DNA of 64,000 nt from Patescibacteria group bacterium (GTDB lineage: Bacteria > Patescibacteriota > Minisyncoccia > Phycocordibacterales > UBA9973): positions 102,719-166,718 of the forward strand of contig JBBTUE010000004.1 of assembly GCA_038063915.1 (NCBI GenBank). Direction: 5' to 3'. Position 1 is the stretch's first letter; every line of letters begins with the position of its first letter. Positions 39,704 to 49,032 of the stretch are shown here, piece after piece. The notes beneath the pieces are model-generated. The model was not told the DNA's origin and did not search any database. It saw only the letters and a program-made list of their open reading frames with translations. Position numbers and translations under genes: made by a program.

Positions 39704-40162
39704 ATGCAATAGTCACCCATTGTATTAATTGGTTCCGGAGCACAAAAGTACTTCGATGAAAATCTTAATATATTTAGATCGAGTGAGTTTAAGTATATAA
39801 TGATTCAATCCGTTGGATCTGATCTACTTCAAATGTTGATTATGCGAATAGGTGATCCATTTACCTATCACGCAGAAGCCCTTCTGGACTACATGAAAAG
39901 TGAAGGTCTGAAAGAGATAAAAGTGAACGGTGGAGGGCGGATTAATTTTTCACTTAATGAAAAAGAAGTCACTGTTACAGAAAAATCTTACGCCTTCGGC
40001 AAAGCCTACCCAAAGGAAGTAGAAGAGTTTATAAAAACTGTATGGCCTTCATTTTCAGTTTCCACAGAGTACATGGCTGTAGATCCAAGCAGAAAAGAAA
40101 TGTCAGTTACCGGAAGAGTGTTTACGATAGGACGGGTCAAAGAACACGCCGATAACCCTTAA
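39704..40162 (+). pseudogene. Janus/Ocnus (PHPT1-like phosphohistidine phosphatase) homologue with in-frame TAG at codon 3
   Basis: FKYIMI, YHAE, GGGRI, SYAFGKA, IKxxWP motifs; ATG-CAA-TAG at 39704 is in frame with ORF 39800-40162. Confidence 0.65.
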
Positions 40163-40180
40163 AAATTGTTTTTCAATAAT

Positions 40181-40210
40181 AAAAAAGAAGCTCGCTGGAG
40201 CTTCTTTTTT
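40181..40210. terminator. Bidirectional terminator
   Basis: AAAAAAGAAGCTC-gctg-GAGCTTCTTTTTT. Confidence 0.8.
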
Positions 40211-40213
40211 GAT

Positions 40214-42430
40214 TTACTTCTTTTTTACATTCTCGCCAGTCTTATGCGGGTTATGCATCTTGCACATCTTATTACTACAACGCTCGGGAATAGTTTTTGT
40301 ACCTTCCATCATTAGCGATTGGCAAAGGGGACAGATATTACCCGTTGGCTTGGCTTTTATCGCATTCTTGCAAGTAGGGTAGTTACTACAAGAATAAAAT
40401 ATTCCAAACCGTCCTCTTCGCTCCATCATTTTCCCACTATTGCAAACTGGGCAAGTCACGTCAGTCATTTTCTTTTTCTTCTCTTCTTCATCTTCTTTTA
40501 TGAATTTACATTTTGGGTATCTTGAACAAGAAACAAATGCTCCGAACTTACCTTGGCGTACTACGAGCTTGCCTCCACCCGACTTTCCTTTTTTATCGCC
40601 ACAGAGTGGACACATTTCCCCAGTCTCTTTCGGTCCTTCTAATTCGTTACCTTCCATCGTCCGAGCGCCAGCACAATCAGGATATTTTGCACATGAATAG
40701 AATTTGCCATTGCGTGCGAGTTTTATAATCATTTCACCCCCACATTTTGGGCAGAGCATATCCGTTGGTGCTTCACCCATATTTGTCGCTTTCGCGAGTT
40801 TGTCTTTTGCTTTTATGTCTTTCTGGAAGGGAATATAGAAATCTTTTAAAGTTTTCACATATTCGCGTGTTCCATTCGCGATGTCATCGAGCTCATTTTC
40901 CATCTCGGCAGTAAAAGTATCACTAATGTACTCTCCAAAGTTATTCTCAAGAAAGCTTGATACCACATCCCCGGTGTCAGTCGGGAAAAGGGTGCGACCT
41001 TCCTTGGTCACATAACCTCGATCTTCAAGCGTTTTCATGATGGAAGCATATGTACTAGGTCTACCAATATCACGAGCCTCGAGCTCTTTGACGAGCCCTG
41101 CTTCAGAATAGCGATTTGGTGGCTCAGTAAACTTTTCGATATTTTTAAGTTCAAGTAATTTTAATTCTTCTCCAATTTCCACAAGCGGTAGCTCCACATC
41201 TTCTCCTCGAGCTTCTGTATCAACTGCGAGCCATCCAGGGGAAAGAACCCTTGAACCATTTGCAGTAAAGTCAGGTACTCCATTTTCTTTGATATTGGCC
41301 ACAATTTTTGTCTTCATAAGTTTCGCATCTATCATTTGCGATGAGACTGTGCGCTCCCAAATCAGGCGATACAATTTCTTCTGTTCGTCGTTTATTCCTT
41401 CGTTCATACTATCGATATGTGTCGGACGAATAGCTTCATGCGCTTCTTGAGCGTTCTTTGATTTGGTTTTATAAATTCGTGGTTCAGCTTGGTCTTTACC
41501 ATATTTTTTCTCTATGATTTTTTGTATTTGAATTTGGGCTGTAGTTGCGATATTTGTACTGTCTGTACGCATATACGTTATGAATCCTTGCTCGTATAAT
41601 TTTTGAGCTACACCCATAGTACGTGCCGGTGAGAACCCTAAACGAGTGCTCGCAGTTTGTTGGAGTGTCGAAGTAGTAAAAGGTGCACGAGGACTTCGCT
41701 TTTGTTCTGATGCTTTTAAATCTGTCACGTACCATTTTTCCTTCTGGCCGAGGTCAAGTATTTTATCGACAATTTTTTGGTCGCGTGGTTCGTCGACACA
41801 TGTCAGTGTGAGTTTCTCCCTCTTGTGCGTCTCAAATAATCCTTCGAGCATCCAATATTGCTCTGGTATAAATGCGCGGATTTCCCGTTCCCGTTCCATG
41901 ATGATACGGAGTGCAGGGGATTGGACTCGCCCAGCTGATAATCCATATCGTACTTTTTTCCAAATAATTCCAGAGAGGTCATACCCGACAAGGCGATCGA
42001 GCACTCGGCGGGCTTCTTGAGCTTTGCGCAAATTGGTATCAATATCTCGCGGAGATTTCAAAGCCTCTTCTACTGCCTCTTTAGTAATTTCGTGGAAGGT
42101 AACACGCTTTATAGGAGCTTTTACTTTCTTGTCACTATTTAGCAATTCCTCTATATGCCATGCAATAGCTTCTCCTTCACGATCTGGGTCAGTAGCGAGC
42201 ATTATCTCTGTGGCTTTTTCAGCCAAGTGCTGTAGCTCGTGGACAACTTTTTCTTTACCCCTAGATATTTCGTAATGAGGTACAAATCCAGCAGGAATAT
42301 CAATCGCTATTTTATTTGACTTTGGTAAGTCGCGAATATGTCCGACAGATGCACGTACAGTAAATGCGCCGTCTAAATATTTCTCAATGGTCTTCGCTTT
42401 CGATGGCGACTCAACAATCAATAATTTCAT
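40214..42430 (-). CDS. topA: DNA topoisomerase I
   Basis: IVESPSK, ATDPDREGE, SAGRVQS, ITYMRTDS, GRPSTY, C-terminal zinc ribbons. Confidence 0.97.
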   Translation of the reverse strand: MKLLIVESPSKAKTIEKYLDGAFTVRASVGHIRDLPKSNKIAIDIPAGFVPHYEISRGKEKVVHELQHLAEKATEIMLATDPDREGEAIAWHIEELLNSDKKVKAPIKRVTFHEITKEAVEEALKSPRDIDTNLRKAQEARRVLDRLVGYDLSGIIWKKVRYGLSAGRVQSPALRIIMEREREIRAFIPEQYWMLEGLFETHKREKLTLTCVDEPRDQKIVDKILDLGQKEKWYVTDLKASEQKRSPRAPFTTSTLQQTASTRLGFSPARTMGVAQKLYEQGFITYMRTDSTNIATTAQIQIQKIIEKKYGKDQAEPRIYKTKSKNAQEAHEAIRPTHIDSMNEGINDEQKKLYRLIWERTVSSQMIDAKLMKTKIVANIKENGVPDFTANGSRVLSPGWLAVDTEARGEDVELPLVEIGEELKLLELKNIEKFTEPPNRYSEAGLVKELEARDIGRPSTYASIMKTLEDRGYVTKEGRTLFPTDTGDVVSSFLENNFGEYISDTFTAEMENELDDIANGTREYVKTLKDFYIPFQKDIKAKDKLAKATNMGEAPTDMLCPKCGGEMIIKLARNGKFYSCAKYPDCAGARTMEGNELEGPKETGEMCPLCGDKKGKSGGGKLVVRQGKFGAFVSCSRYPKCKFIKEDEEEKKKKMTDVTCPVCNSGKMMERRGRFGIFYSCSNYPTCKNAIKAKPTGNICPLCQSLMMEGTKTIPERCSNKMCKMHNPHKTGENVKKK

Positions 42431-42517
42431 TATGACTCTATTAGTAGCATCTCCGCAATTTTTTTGCAAATTATATAAGATGTTTGTTGCGTGTAGAATA
42501 TGTTATATAATAGACTT

Positions 42518-42931
42518 ATGTGGATTTTTTATGCTTTCCTATCTTCTATACTCATCGCCATTACCGGTTTATTTGATAAACTCGCTTTGCGCTCCATCAA
42601 GTCTTCTGACAGCCTTTTAATTAAGTCTATTATCATGGGTTTAATAATGGCAGTCATTGTACTTTTAACTACAGGAGCAAAATCCTTACATACAGCAAAC
42701 AAGATGGATTTATTTTATCTACTTATAGCTGGTGTTATTGGAACTTTTGCTTGGCTAACATATAACCTAGCATTATCTAGTGGCTCACTTTCTATTGTTT
42801 CACTAATTTACAGGTCAAGCTTTGTTATATCAGTACTACTTGGGATTTTCTTACTAAATGAAAGTTTTACTGCTACTAAAGTAGTAGGAGTGATACTTTC
42901 TATCGCAGGACTTATATTCGTGTCTCTATAA
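42518..42931 (+). CDS. EamA/DMT family small transporter
   Basis: Five TM helices; LG..LL.E motif. Confidence 0.8.
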   Translation: MWIFYAFLSSILIAITGLFDKLALRSIKSSDSLLIKSIIMGLIMAVIVLLTTGAKSLHTANKMDLFYLLIAGVIGTFAWLTYNLALSSGSLSIVSLIYRSSFVISVLLGIFLLNESFTATKVVGVILSIAGLIFVSL

Positions 42932-42940
42932 TTTAGAAAT

Positions 42941-43804
42941 TTAGACTTTTCTTATTTCTCCTAGTTCTTCTTTGATTAATTCTTTTATTTCCATCATTGA
43001 AAGAAGTGCATTTGCTTTTGCTGTATCCATGCCTAGTGCTCGGATTAGCTCGTCGCGTTCCATCGGTTCAAGTAAGAGCCTGATGACTTCACCTTCTTCT
43101 CTAGTGCAGTCGGCGTACTTTTCTTCATCAGAAAGTATAGGCTTTTCCATTTCAAATCCGAGAGCTTCAAGAAGTTCATTGCTATTTGTTATGGGTGTTG
43201 CACCTTGGCGGAGTAAATTGTTGGACCCTTTGGAATTAGATGAGAAGACTGACCCAGGTACAACTAATACATCACGATTGTAATCGAGCGCCATGCGTGC
43301 AGTAACTAAAGTTCCAGATTTTTCGCCAGCTTCAATAATAAGCACGGCGCGGGCAATACCTGCCATCAAGCGGTTGCGCTGAGGGAAGGAATATATAGTA
43401 GCCTTCCAATTCGGATCAAGCTCAGATATAAGGCACCCACCAGCGTCTACTATTTCTTGAGCTAGTTTTATATTGCTCTGTGGATGGATCACTGAGTTAT
43501 CTAATCCTGATCCTGGGAATGACACAGTTGTAATCCCGTTCGTAAGTGCCGCTCGATGAGCGATACTATCTATGCCTATAGCAAGACCTGAGACGATAGC
43601 GATTGGGTAGCCTTTAAGTCCGGCGATTAATTTCTCGCAAATATCACGCCCATATGAAGTGTACTTTCGTGAACCGACTACGGCTAAGTAGATAAAATCT
43701 TTCGGTGGCAACTTACCGCGAATGTATAGCTTCTTCGGTGGTTGGGGAATTTCGAGTAAAGCTTTTGGGAACTCCTCTAGTTTTAATTTATCTATGTCCT
43801 CCAT
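42941..43804 (-). CDS. dprA: DNA processing protein DprA
   Basis: AVVGSR, IVSGLAIGID, FPQRNR, SGTL.TA, VPG; adjacent to topA. Confidence 0.95.
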   Translation of the reverse strand: MEDIDKLKLEEFPKALLEIPQPPKKLYIRGKLPPKDFIYLAVVGSRKYTSYGRDICEKLIAGLKGYPIAIVSGLAIGIDSIAHRAALTNGITTVSFPGSGLDNSVIHPQSNIKLAQEIVDAGGCLISELDPNWKATIYSFPQRNRLMAGIARAVLIIEAGEKSGTLVTARMALDYNRDVLVVPGSVFSSNSKGSNNLLRQGATPITNSNELLEALGFEMEKPILSDEEKYADCTREEGEVIRLLLEPMERDELIRALGMDTAKANALLSMMEIKELIKEELGEIRKV

Positions 43805-43844
43805 ACGATTTGTCTATTGTATCATTTTTTTATATACTGAGGAT

Positions 43845-45152
43845 ATGTTAGATATCAAATTCATCCGAGAAAATAAAGATATAGTAAAAGCTGGTATCCA
43901 GAAAAAGAATGCCACTGTCGATATTGACGAGCTCCTAGATTTAGATGAGAAGCGCCTTGCTATTATGGCTCGTACTGAAGCACTTCGCAGTGAGCAGAAT
44001 AAGATGAATACGTCTATTGCTACAGAGAAGGACTCAAATGTTCGTGGACAGATGATAAATGAGATGAAGATGGTAAAAGATGAATTTAAAGAAAAAGAAG
44101 AAGAGTTAGAGAAGGTACTAATAGAGTGGCAGAAACTTATGCTTAAAATACCAAACATCCCGTCAGTAGATACTCCAGAGGGGCCGGATGAGACAGGCAA
44201 CCAAGTTATAAGAGAGTGGGGAGAAAAGCCAGAGTTCACCTTCGCACCTAAAGAACACTTTGAATTAGGAAAAGCCTTAGGAATAATTGATACCGAGACG
44301 GCAGCCGAGGTTGCATCTTCTAGATTCTCGTATCTAAAAGGGGATTTAGTACTTTTACAATTTGCACTTATTCAGATGTGTTTAGAAATTTTAACTAATA
44401 AAGAAACTTTAGAAGCTATAGCAAAAGATGCAGGACTCTCAATTATTCCTTCTGTGTTTACTCCTGTTATACCACCAGTTTTTATCCGACCACTTGTTCA
44501 AGTAAAGATGGCCCGTTATATGGCACCAGAGGACCACTACGTTTTTCCCAATGATGATCTTATGCTTATCGGTAGTGCTGAGCACACTCTCGGCTCTATG
44601 CATATGAATAAAATTTTTGAAGAAAATGAACTACCAGTCAGATATGCAGGGTACTCTACTGCCTTCAGACGTGAGGCGGGCACAGCTGGCAAAGATACAA
44701 ATGGAATCTTGAGACAGCACCAATTTGATAAATTAGAAATAGAAGTTTTCTCTCTACCTGAGAATGGTATTGGAGAGCAGAATTTTCTTGTAGCAATACA
44801 AGAACATGTATTAAAATCTCTAAAAATACCTTATCAAGTAGTATTGATTTGTAGTGGCGATATGGGTTTCCCTGATACAAGGCAGATTGATATTAATACT
44901 TGGATGCCAGGACAAAATATATATAGAGAAACTCATAGTTCTGATTTTACTGGTGGTTTTCAGTCTCGTCGTCTCAATACTCGCGTGCGCAGAGCTGATG
45001 GTAAAATAGAGCCTGTTCATATGAATGATGCCACTGTTGTCGCAATCGGTCGCACCCTTATTGCCATTATGGAGAACTACCAGCAGGAAGATGGCACAAT
45101 AAAAATACCAGAAGTTCTGCAGAAATATTTAGGTAAAGATACTATTTCGTAG
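43845..45152 (+). CDS. serS: Serine--tRNA ligase
   Basis: MLDIKFIREN, coiled arm, FRREAG, RQHQFDKLE, GRTLIAIMENYQ. Confidence 0.96.
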   Translation: MLDIKFIRENKDIVKAGIQKKNATVDIDELLDLDEKRLAIMARTEALRSEQNKMNTSIATEKDSNVRGQMINEMKMVKDEFKEKEEELEKVLIEWQKLMLKIPNIPSVDTPEGPDETGNQVIREWGEKPEFTFAPKEHFELGKALGIIDTETAAEVASSRFSYLKGDLVLLQFALIQMCLEILTNKETLEAIAKDAGLSIIPSVFTPVIPPVFIRPLVQVKMARYMAPEDHYVFPNDDLMLIGSAEHTLGSMHMNKIFEENELPVRYAGYSTAFRREAGTAGKDTNGILRQHQFDKLEIEVFSLPENGIGEQNFLVAIQEHVLKSLKIPYQVVLICSGDMGFPDTRQIDINTWMPGQNIYRETHSSDFTGGFQSRRLNTRVRRADGKIEPVHMNDATVVAIGRTLIAIMENYQQEDGTIKIPEVLQKYLGKDTIS

Positions 45153-45159
45153 GTTTCAT

Positions 45160-46023
45160 ATGAAAGATATTCTCACATCACCGCGCATAATGGATATGAA
45201 GCGTAAGCGTCGCGTACGACGCATCAGATTAAATGTTCTTATTTTTGTATTATTTTTAAGTATTGTTTACGCGCTTGGGTATTTCTCTTCCAATCATCGC
45301 ATAACTATAAATCGTATTAGTATCACTGGAACTCGTATCCTAAAAGAAGAAGAAGTTCTAACGATAGTTAAGAATGCATTGTCGGGCAAGTATATTAAGT
45401 TATTTTCGAGAAGTAATAGTTTTATATATCCTAAAAATCAAATTCACAAGGAATTGACCACAAAGTTCCCACGCATCGAAAAGTTGTCTATTAATCGAGA
45501 TAATTGGAATACTTTACATATAGATATATCTGAACGTTTCGGTTCATCACTTTACTGCGGGAAAAATGTACCAGACGAAAAGTTGGAGGTTGGTGAAAAT
45601 TGTTACTTTGTAAATAACGATGGCTATATATTTGATAAAGCTCCATATTTCTCAGGGAATATTTATTTAAAATATTATATAGGTCTCCCAGAAGGTGTGG
45701 GTGACCCTATGGGGAAGCAAATACTTTCACCAGATATATTCCATAAATATATAAGATTTATAGATGGACTGACCACCTTAGGGTTTAAACCCATATATGT
45801 AGTTATAGGTGGCGGTGATAACTCTATATATCTAGATCACATAGAAGGTGTCACAGCACCCAAGATAATTTTTACAAATGAAAACGACATGGATAATATA
45901 CTCGATAATTTGTCTCTGTCCATGAATAAACCCGAATTTGCTAACGAAATCAAAGGGAAGTATACTACTCTCCTATATATAGATCTGCGGTTTAAGAATA
46001 AGGTTCTATATAAGTTTGAATAA
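45160..46023 (+). CDS. FtsQ/DivIB-like POTRA-domain protein
   Basis: Basic N-terminus, one TM helix, POTRA-like region, C-terminal YIDLRF.NKV. Confidence 0.7.
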   Translation: MKDILTSPRIMDMKRKRRVRRIRLNVLIFVLFLSIVYALGYFSSNHRITINRISITGTRILKEEEVLTIVKNALSGKYIKLFSRSNSFIYPKNQIHKELTTKFPRIEKLSINRDNWNTLHIDISERFGSSLYCGKNVPDEKLEVGENCYFVNNDGYIFDKAPYFSGNIYLKYYIGLPEGVGDPMGKQILSPDIFHKYIRFIDGLTTLGFKPIYVVIGGGDNSIYLDHIEGVTAPKIIFTNENDMDNILDNLSLSMNKPEFANEIKGKYTTLLYIDLRFKNKVLYKFE

Positions 46024-46985
46024 TGTCTAATTTCTGGGAAAAGTTACCAAAACCATTTTTTGCCCTAGCACCGATGGCCGATGTCACCGATACGGCTTTT
46101 CGTCGTATCATATGTAAATATGGCAAGCCAGATGTAACATGGACTGAGTTCGTGTCTGTAGATGGACTTTGTTCTATTGGAAAAGAAAAGTTATTGATCG
46201 ATTTGAAATATACTGAAGGTGAAAGACCAATAGTAGCGCAAATATTCGGAAGTAAGCCTGAGAATTTTGAAAAAGTAGCGCATATGCTAGTAGAGATGGG
46301 TTTCGACGGCATAGATATAAATATGGGTTGTCCTGTAAAAAAAGTTCTAAATCAAAATTCTTGTTCAGCACTTATTCGCACTCCGGAACTTGCTCAAGAA
46401 ATAATTCTGGCAACGATGCGAGGAGCAGGGAATTTACCAGTTTCTGTAAAAACGCGTATCGGATTTAATAAAATGGAAATAGAAACTTGGATTCCGCAAG
46501 TTTTAGAAACAAAACCCGCAGCCCTTACCGTGCATTTGCGAACTGTCAAGGAAATGTCCCTCGTTCCAGCCCATTGGGAAGTGATGAAGCAGGTTGTGGA
46601 ATTACGTAATAAGATTTCTCCAAAAACTCTCATAATAGGTAATGGTGATGTGCGCGACATTGTCCATGCCAAAGAGCTTGTCAGACAAACTGGGTGCGAT
46701 GGTATCATGCTTGGTCGTGCAATATTTGGAAACCCTTGGCTTTTTACGGGTTATGTACCTAATACAGAGGAGAAGCTCAAGATTATGGTTGAGCATACAA
46801 AGCTCTTTGAAGAATTGCTCGGTAAAGTAAAAAACTTTGCTATTATGAAAAAGCACTACAAAGCTTATGTAAATGGTTTCGATGGCGCCAAGGAACTGCG
46901 AGTAAAGCTTATGGAATGTAATAATTCAAGGGAAGTAGAAGCCCTTGTGGATAACTTTCTTGCGAATCCAGAAGAAGTGCTATAA
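46023..46985 (+). CDS. dusB: tRNA-dihydrouridine synthase
   Basis: LAPMADVTD, QIFG, DINMGCP, SVKTR, NGD, GRA..GNPW. Confidence 0.9.
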   Translation: MSNFWEKLPKPFFALAPMADVTDTAFRRIICKYGKPDVTWTEFVSVDGLCSIGKEKLLIDLKYTEGERPIVAQIFGSKPENFEKVAHMLVEMGFDGIDINMGCPVKKVLNQNSCSALIRTPELAQEIILATMRGAGNLPVSVKTRIGFNKMEIETWIPQVLETKPAALTVHLRTVKEMSLVPAHWEVMKQVVELRNKISPKTLIIGNGDVRDIVHAKELVRQTGCDGIMLGRAIFGNPWLFTGYVPNTEEKLKIMVEHTKLFEELLGKVKNFAIMKKHYKAYVNGFDGAKELRVKLMECNNSREVEALVDNFLANPEEVL

Positions 46986-47061
46986 TGGTTTCCAGTGTAT
47001 ACCAAGAGAAAAAGTAAAGATCGAAAGCCTAATGCCTTCATTTTTTATTTTCCTCTTTTAG

Positions 47062-47113
47062 CCCCCATGTTTGGGGGATTTTTTTTGCCTCATTCTCGTC
47101 AAATGAGGCTTTT
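47062..47113 (+). terminator. Two tandem terminator-like hairpins
   Basis: CCCCCA-tgtt-TGGGGG plus T-tract; GCCTCATT-N7-AATGAGGC plus TTTT. Confidence 0.65.
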
Positions 47114-47130
47114 ATTAATCAATATTTTAT

Positions 47131-47970
47131 ATGAAAAATAATTACATAGGGTGCGAAGATACTGTAGCTTTTAGTGAGGTTATAAATCGAGTTCGAAGTT
47201 TTTTCTTGGCAAAGAATTTCGTTGAAGTTCATACACAAGATAGGCTATCGATACTTGCTGCCTGCGAAGACCCAGAGACTGTTGCTACATACGAGTACGC
47301 GGGGCAGATCTGGCCTCTACCACAGACAGGACAGATGTGGCTCGAATATGAGTTATTAACAAGAGATAGAGTGCCAGGTGTCTTTTGTGTCTCGACTAGT
47401 TATCGAAATGAAAAAAATCCAGTTCCCGGTCGGCATAAGATTATTTTCCCAATGTTTGAATTTGAATCACGAGGCACAATCGAGGATTTAAAAAAGTTGG
47501 AAGCTGAATTATTAGAACATCTTGGCTTTGGTTCTAAAGAAAAATTTCCTCACAAGACCTACGATGAACTTTCTAATGATTATAAAGTCAAAGAACTCTC
47601 ACATAAAGAAGAGAAAAAGATGCAAGAAGATTACGGCCCTGTCATATTCCTAGAACACTTTCCGATCTACACATCACCATTTTGGAATATGAAGAAATGC
47701 GGTGGTCACGCTCATAAGATTGATGTCATTATAGGTGGCAGTGAGACTATCGGTTCAGCTGAGCGAAGTACAGATGTAGATGAGATGAGGGAGCAGTTTC
47801 ACACAATCTCCGGTGGCAAATATGCTGGCAGGCTCTACGAACTTTTTGGACGAGAGCGTGTGATTACAGAACTTGAAGAATTTCTGTCACTCTCATTTTT
47901 CCCTAGATTCGGTGGGGGAATAGGTGTTACACGTTTAATAGACGGTATGAAGTCTGGTGGCTTGTTATGA
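47131..47970 (+). CDS. Class IIb aaRS catalytic-domain paralogue (AsnRS-like, no anticodon domain)
   Basis: Motif 2 SYRNE..RH..F.MFEFE, ETIGSAER, motif 3 GGGIGVTRL; only 279 aa. Confidence 0.8.
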   Translation: MKNNYIGCEDTVAFSEVINRVRSFFLAKNFVEVHTQDRLSILAACEDPETVATYEYAGQIWPLPQTGQMWLEYELLTRDRVPGVFCVSTSYRNEKNPVPGRHKIIFPMFEFESRGTIEDLKKLEAELLEHLGFGSKEKFPHKTYDELSNDYKVKELSHKEEKKMQEDYGPVIFLEHFPIYTSPFWNMKKCGGHAHKIDVIIGGSETIGSAERSTDVDEMREQFHTISGGKYAGRLYELFGRERVITELEEFLSLSFFPRFGGGIGVTRLIDGMKSGGLL

Positions 47971-47982
47971 TATACTAAATCC

Positions 47983-49032
47983 ATGAAAGCCATGGATAAA
48001 GATAGTAATATTGCGCTATATAGGAAATATCGCCCAGAGAGCTGGGATGATGTTATAGGGCAAGACCACATAGTCAAAGCCATAGAAGGAGCTCTAAAAA
48101 CTGGAAAAGTTGCTCATGCTTATCTCCTTTGCGGACCTCGTGGTACCGGCAAAACCACTATTGCTCGTATTATTGCGCATACTCTTGGTTCGTCTGTGAA
48201 TGATATTTACGAGATGGATGCAGCCTCTAATCGAGGGATTGATGACGTCCGTGACATCAGAGAGAACGTCAGGACTTTGCCTTTCGATTCAAAATATAAA
48301 ATCTATATTCTTGATGAAGTACACATGTTCACCAAAGATGCATGGAATGCACTACTTAAAACCATCGAAGAGCCACCAGATCATGTCATATTTATATTAG
48401 CTACTACTGAGCTTGAGAAAATTCCTGAGACAATAGTATCCCGTTGCCAGAGTTTTATATTTAAAAAACCAAATGATGCAATTTTATCTCTACATATAAA
48501 AGATATTGCCAAAAGGGAAGGGTATAAACTTGAAGAAGGTGGAGCTGAGCTTATTGCCTTGCTCGCCGATGGTGCATTTCGTGATGCGCTCGGGACTTTG
48601 CAGAAAGTTATTTCATTTTCAAAAGACAAAGTTATAAATATTACAGAGATTGAAGAAATTACTGGAGCCCCGAATACGACACTTGTAAATAATTTCCTTG
48701 ACGCTCTAGCGACAAATGATATTGAGAAAGGTTTTTCATCGATTGAGAAAGCGGTAAGTCAGAATCTTGATATGTCTGTCTATATTAAAATGATTCTTGC
48801 CAAGCTACGCTACGCGCTTATGATTCGCTACGTACCAGCAACAAAGAAATCCATAGAAACCGTTATATCTGAGAGTAATATGAGATTTATAGAGAATCTG
48901 ATATCTACCAAACCAGAGCATATATCTTCCAATACTTTATCTATATTACTCGAGACGTATCAAGCTCAAAAAAATGCTGTTATAAGTGAGTTGCCCCTTG
49001 AGCTTGCTTTAGTCAAAATTTTAAATGCCTAA
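47983..49032 (+). CDS. dnaX: DNA polymerase III subunit gamma/tau
   Basis: LYRKYRP, GPRGTGKTT, DAASNRG, DEVHM, SRC. Confidence 0.95.
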   Translation: MKAMDKDSNIALYRKYRPESWDDVIGQDHIVKAIEGALKTGKVAHAYLLCGPRGTGKTTIARIIAHTLGSSVNDIYEMDAASNRGIDDVRDIRENVRTLPFDSKYKIYILDEVHMFTKDAWNALLKTIEEPPDHVIFILATTELEKIPETIVSRCQSFIFKKPNDAILSLHIKDIAKREGYKLEEGGAELIALLADGAFRDALGTLQKVISFSKDKVINITEIEEITGAPNTTLVNNFLDALATNDIEKGFSSIEKAVSQNLDMSVYIKMILAKLRYALMIRYVPATKKSIETVISESNMRFIENLISTKPEHISSNTLSILLETYQAQKNAVISELPLELALVKILNA

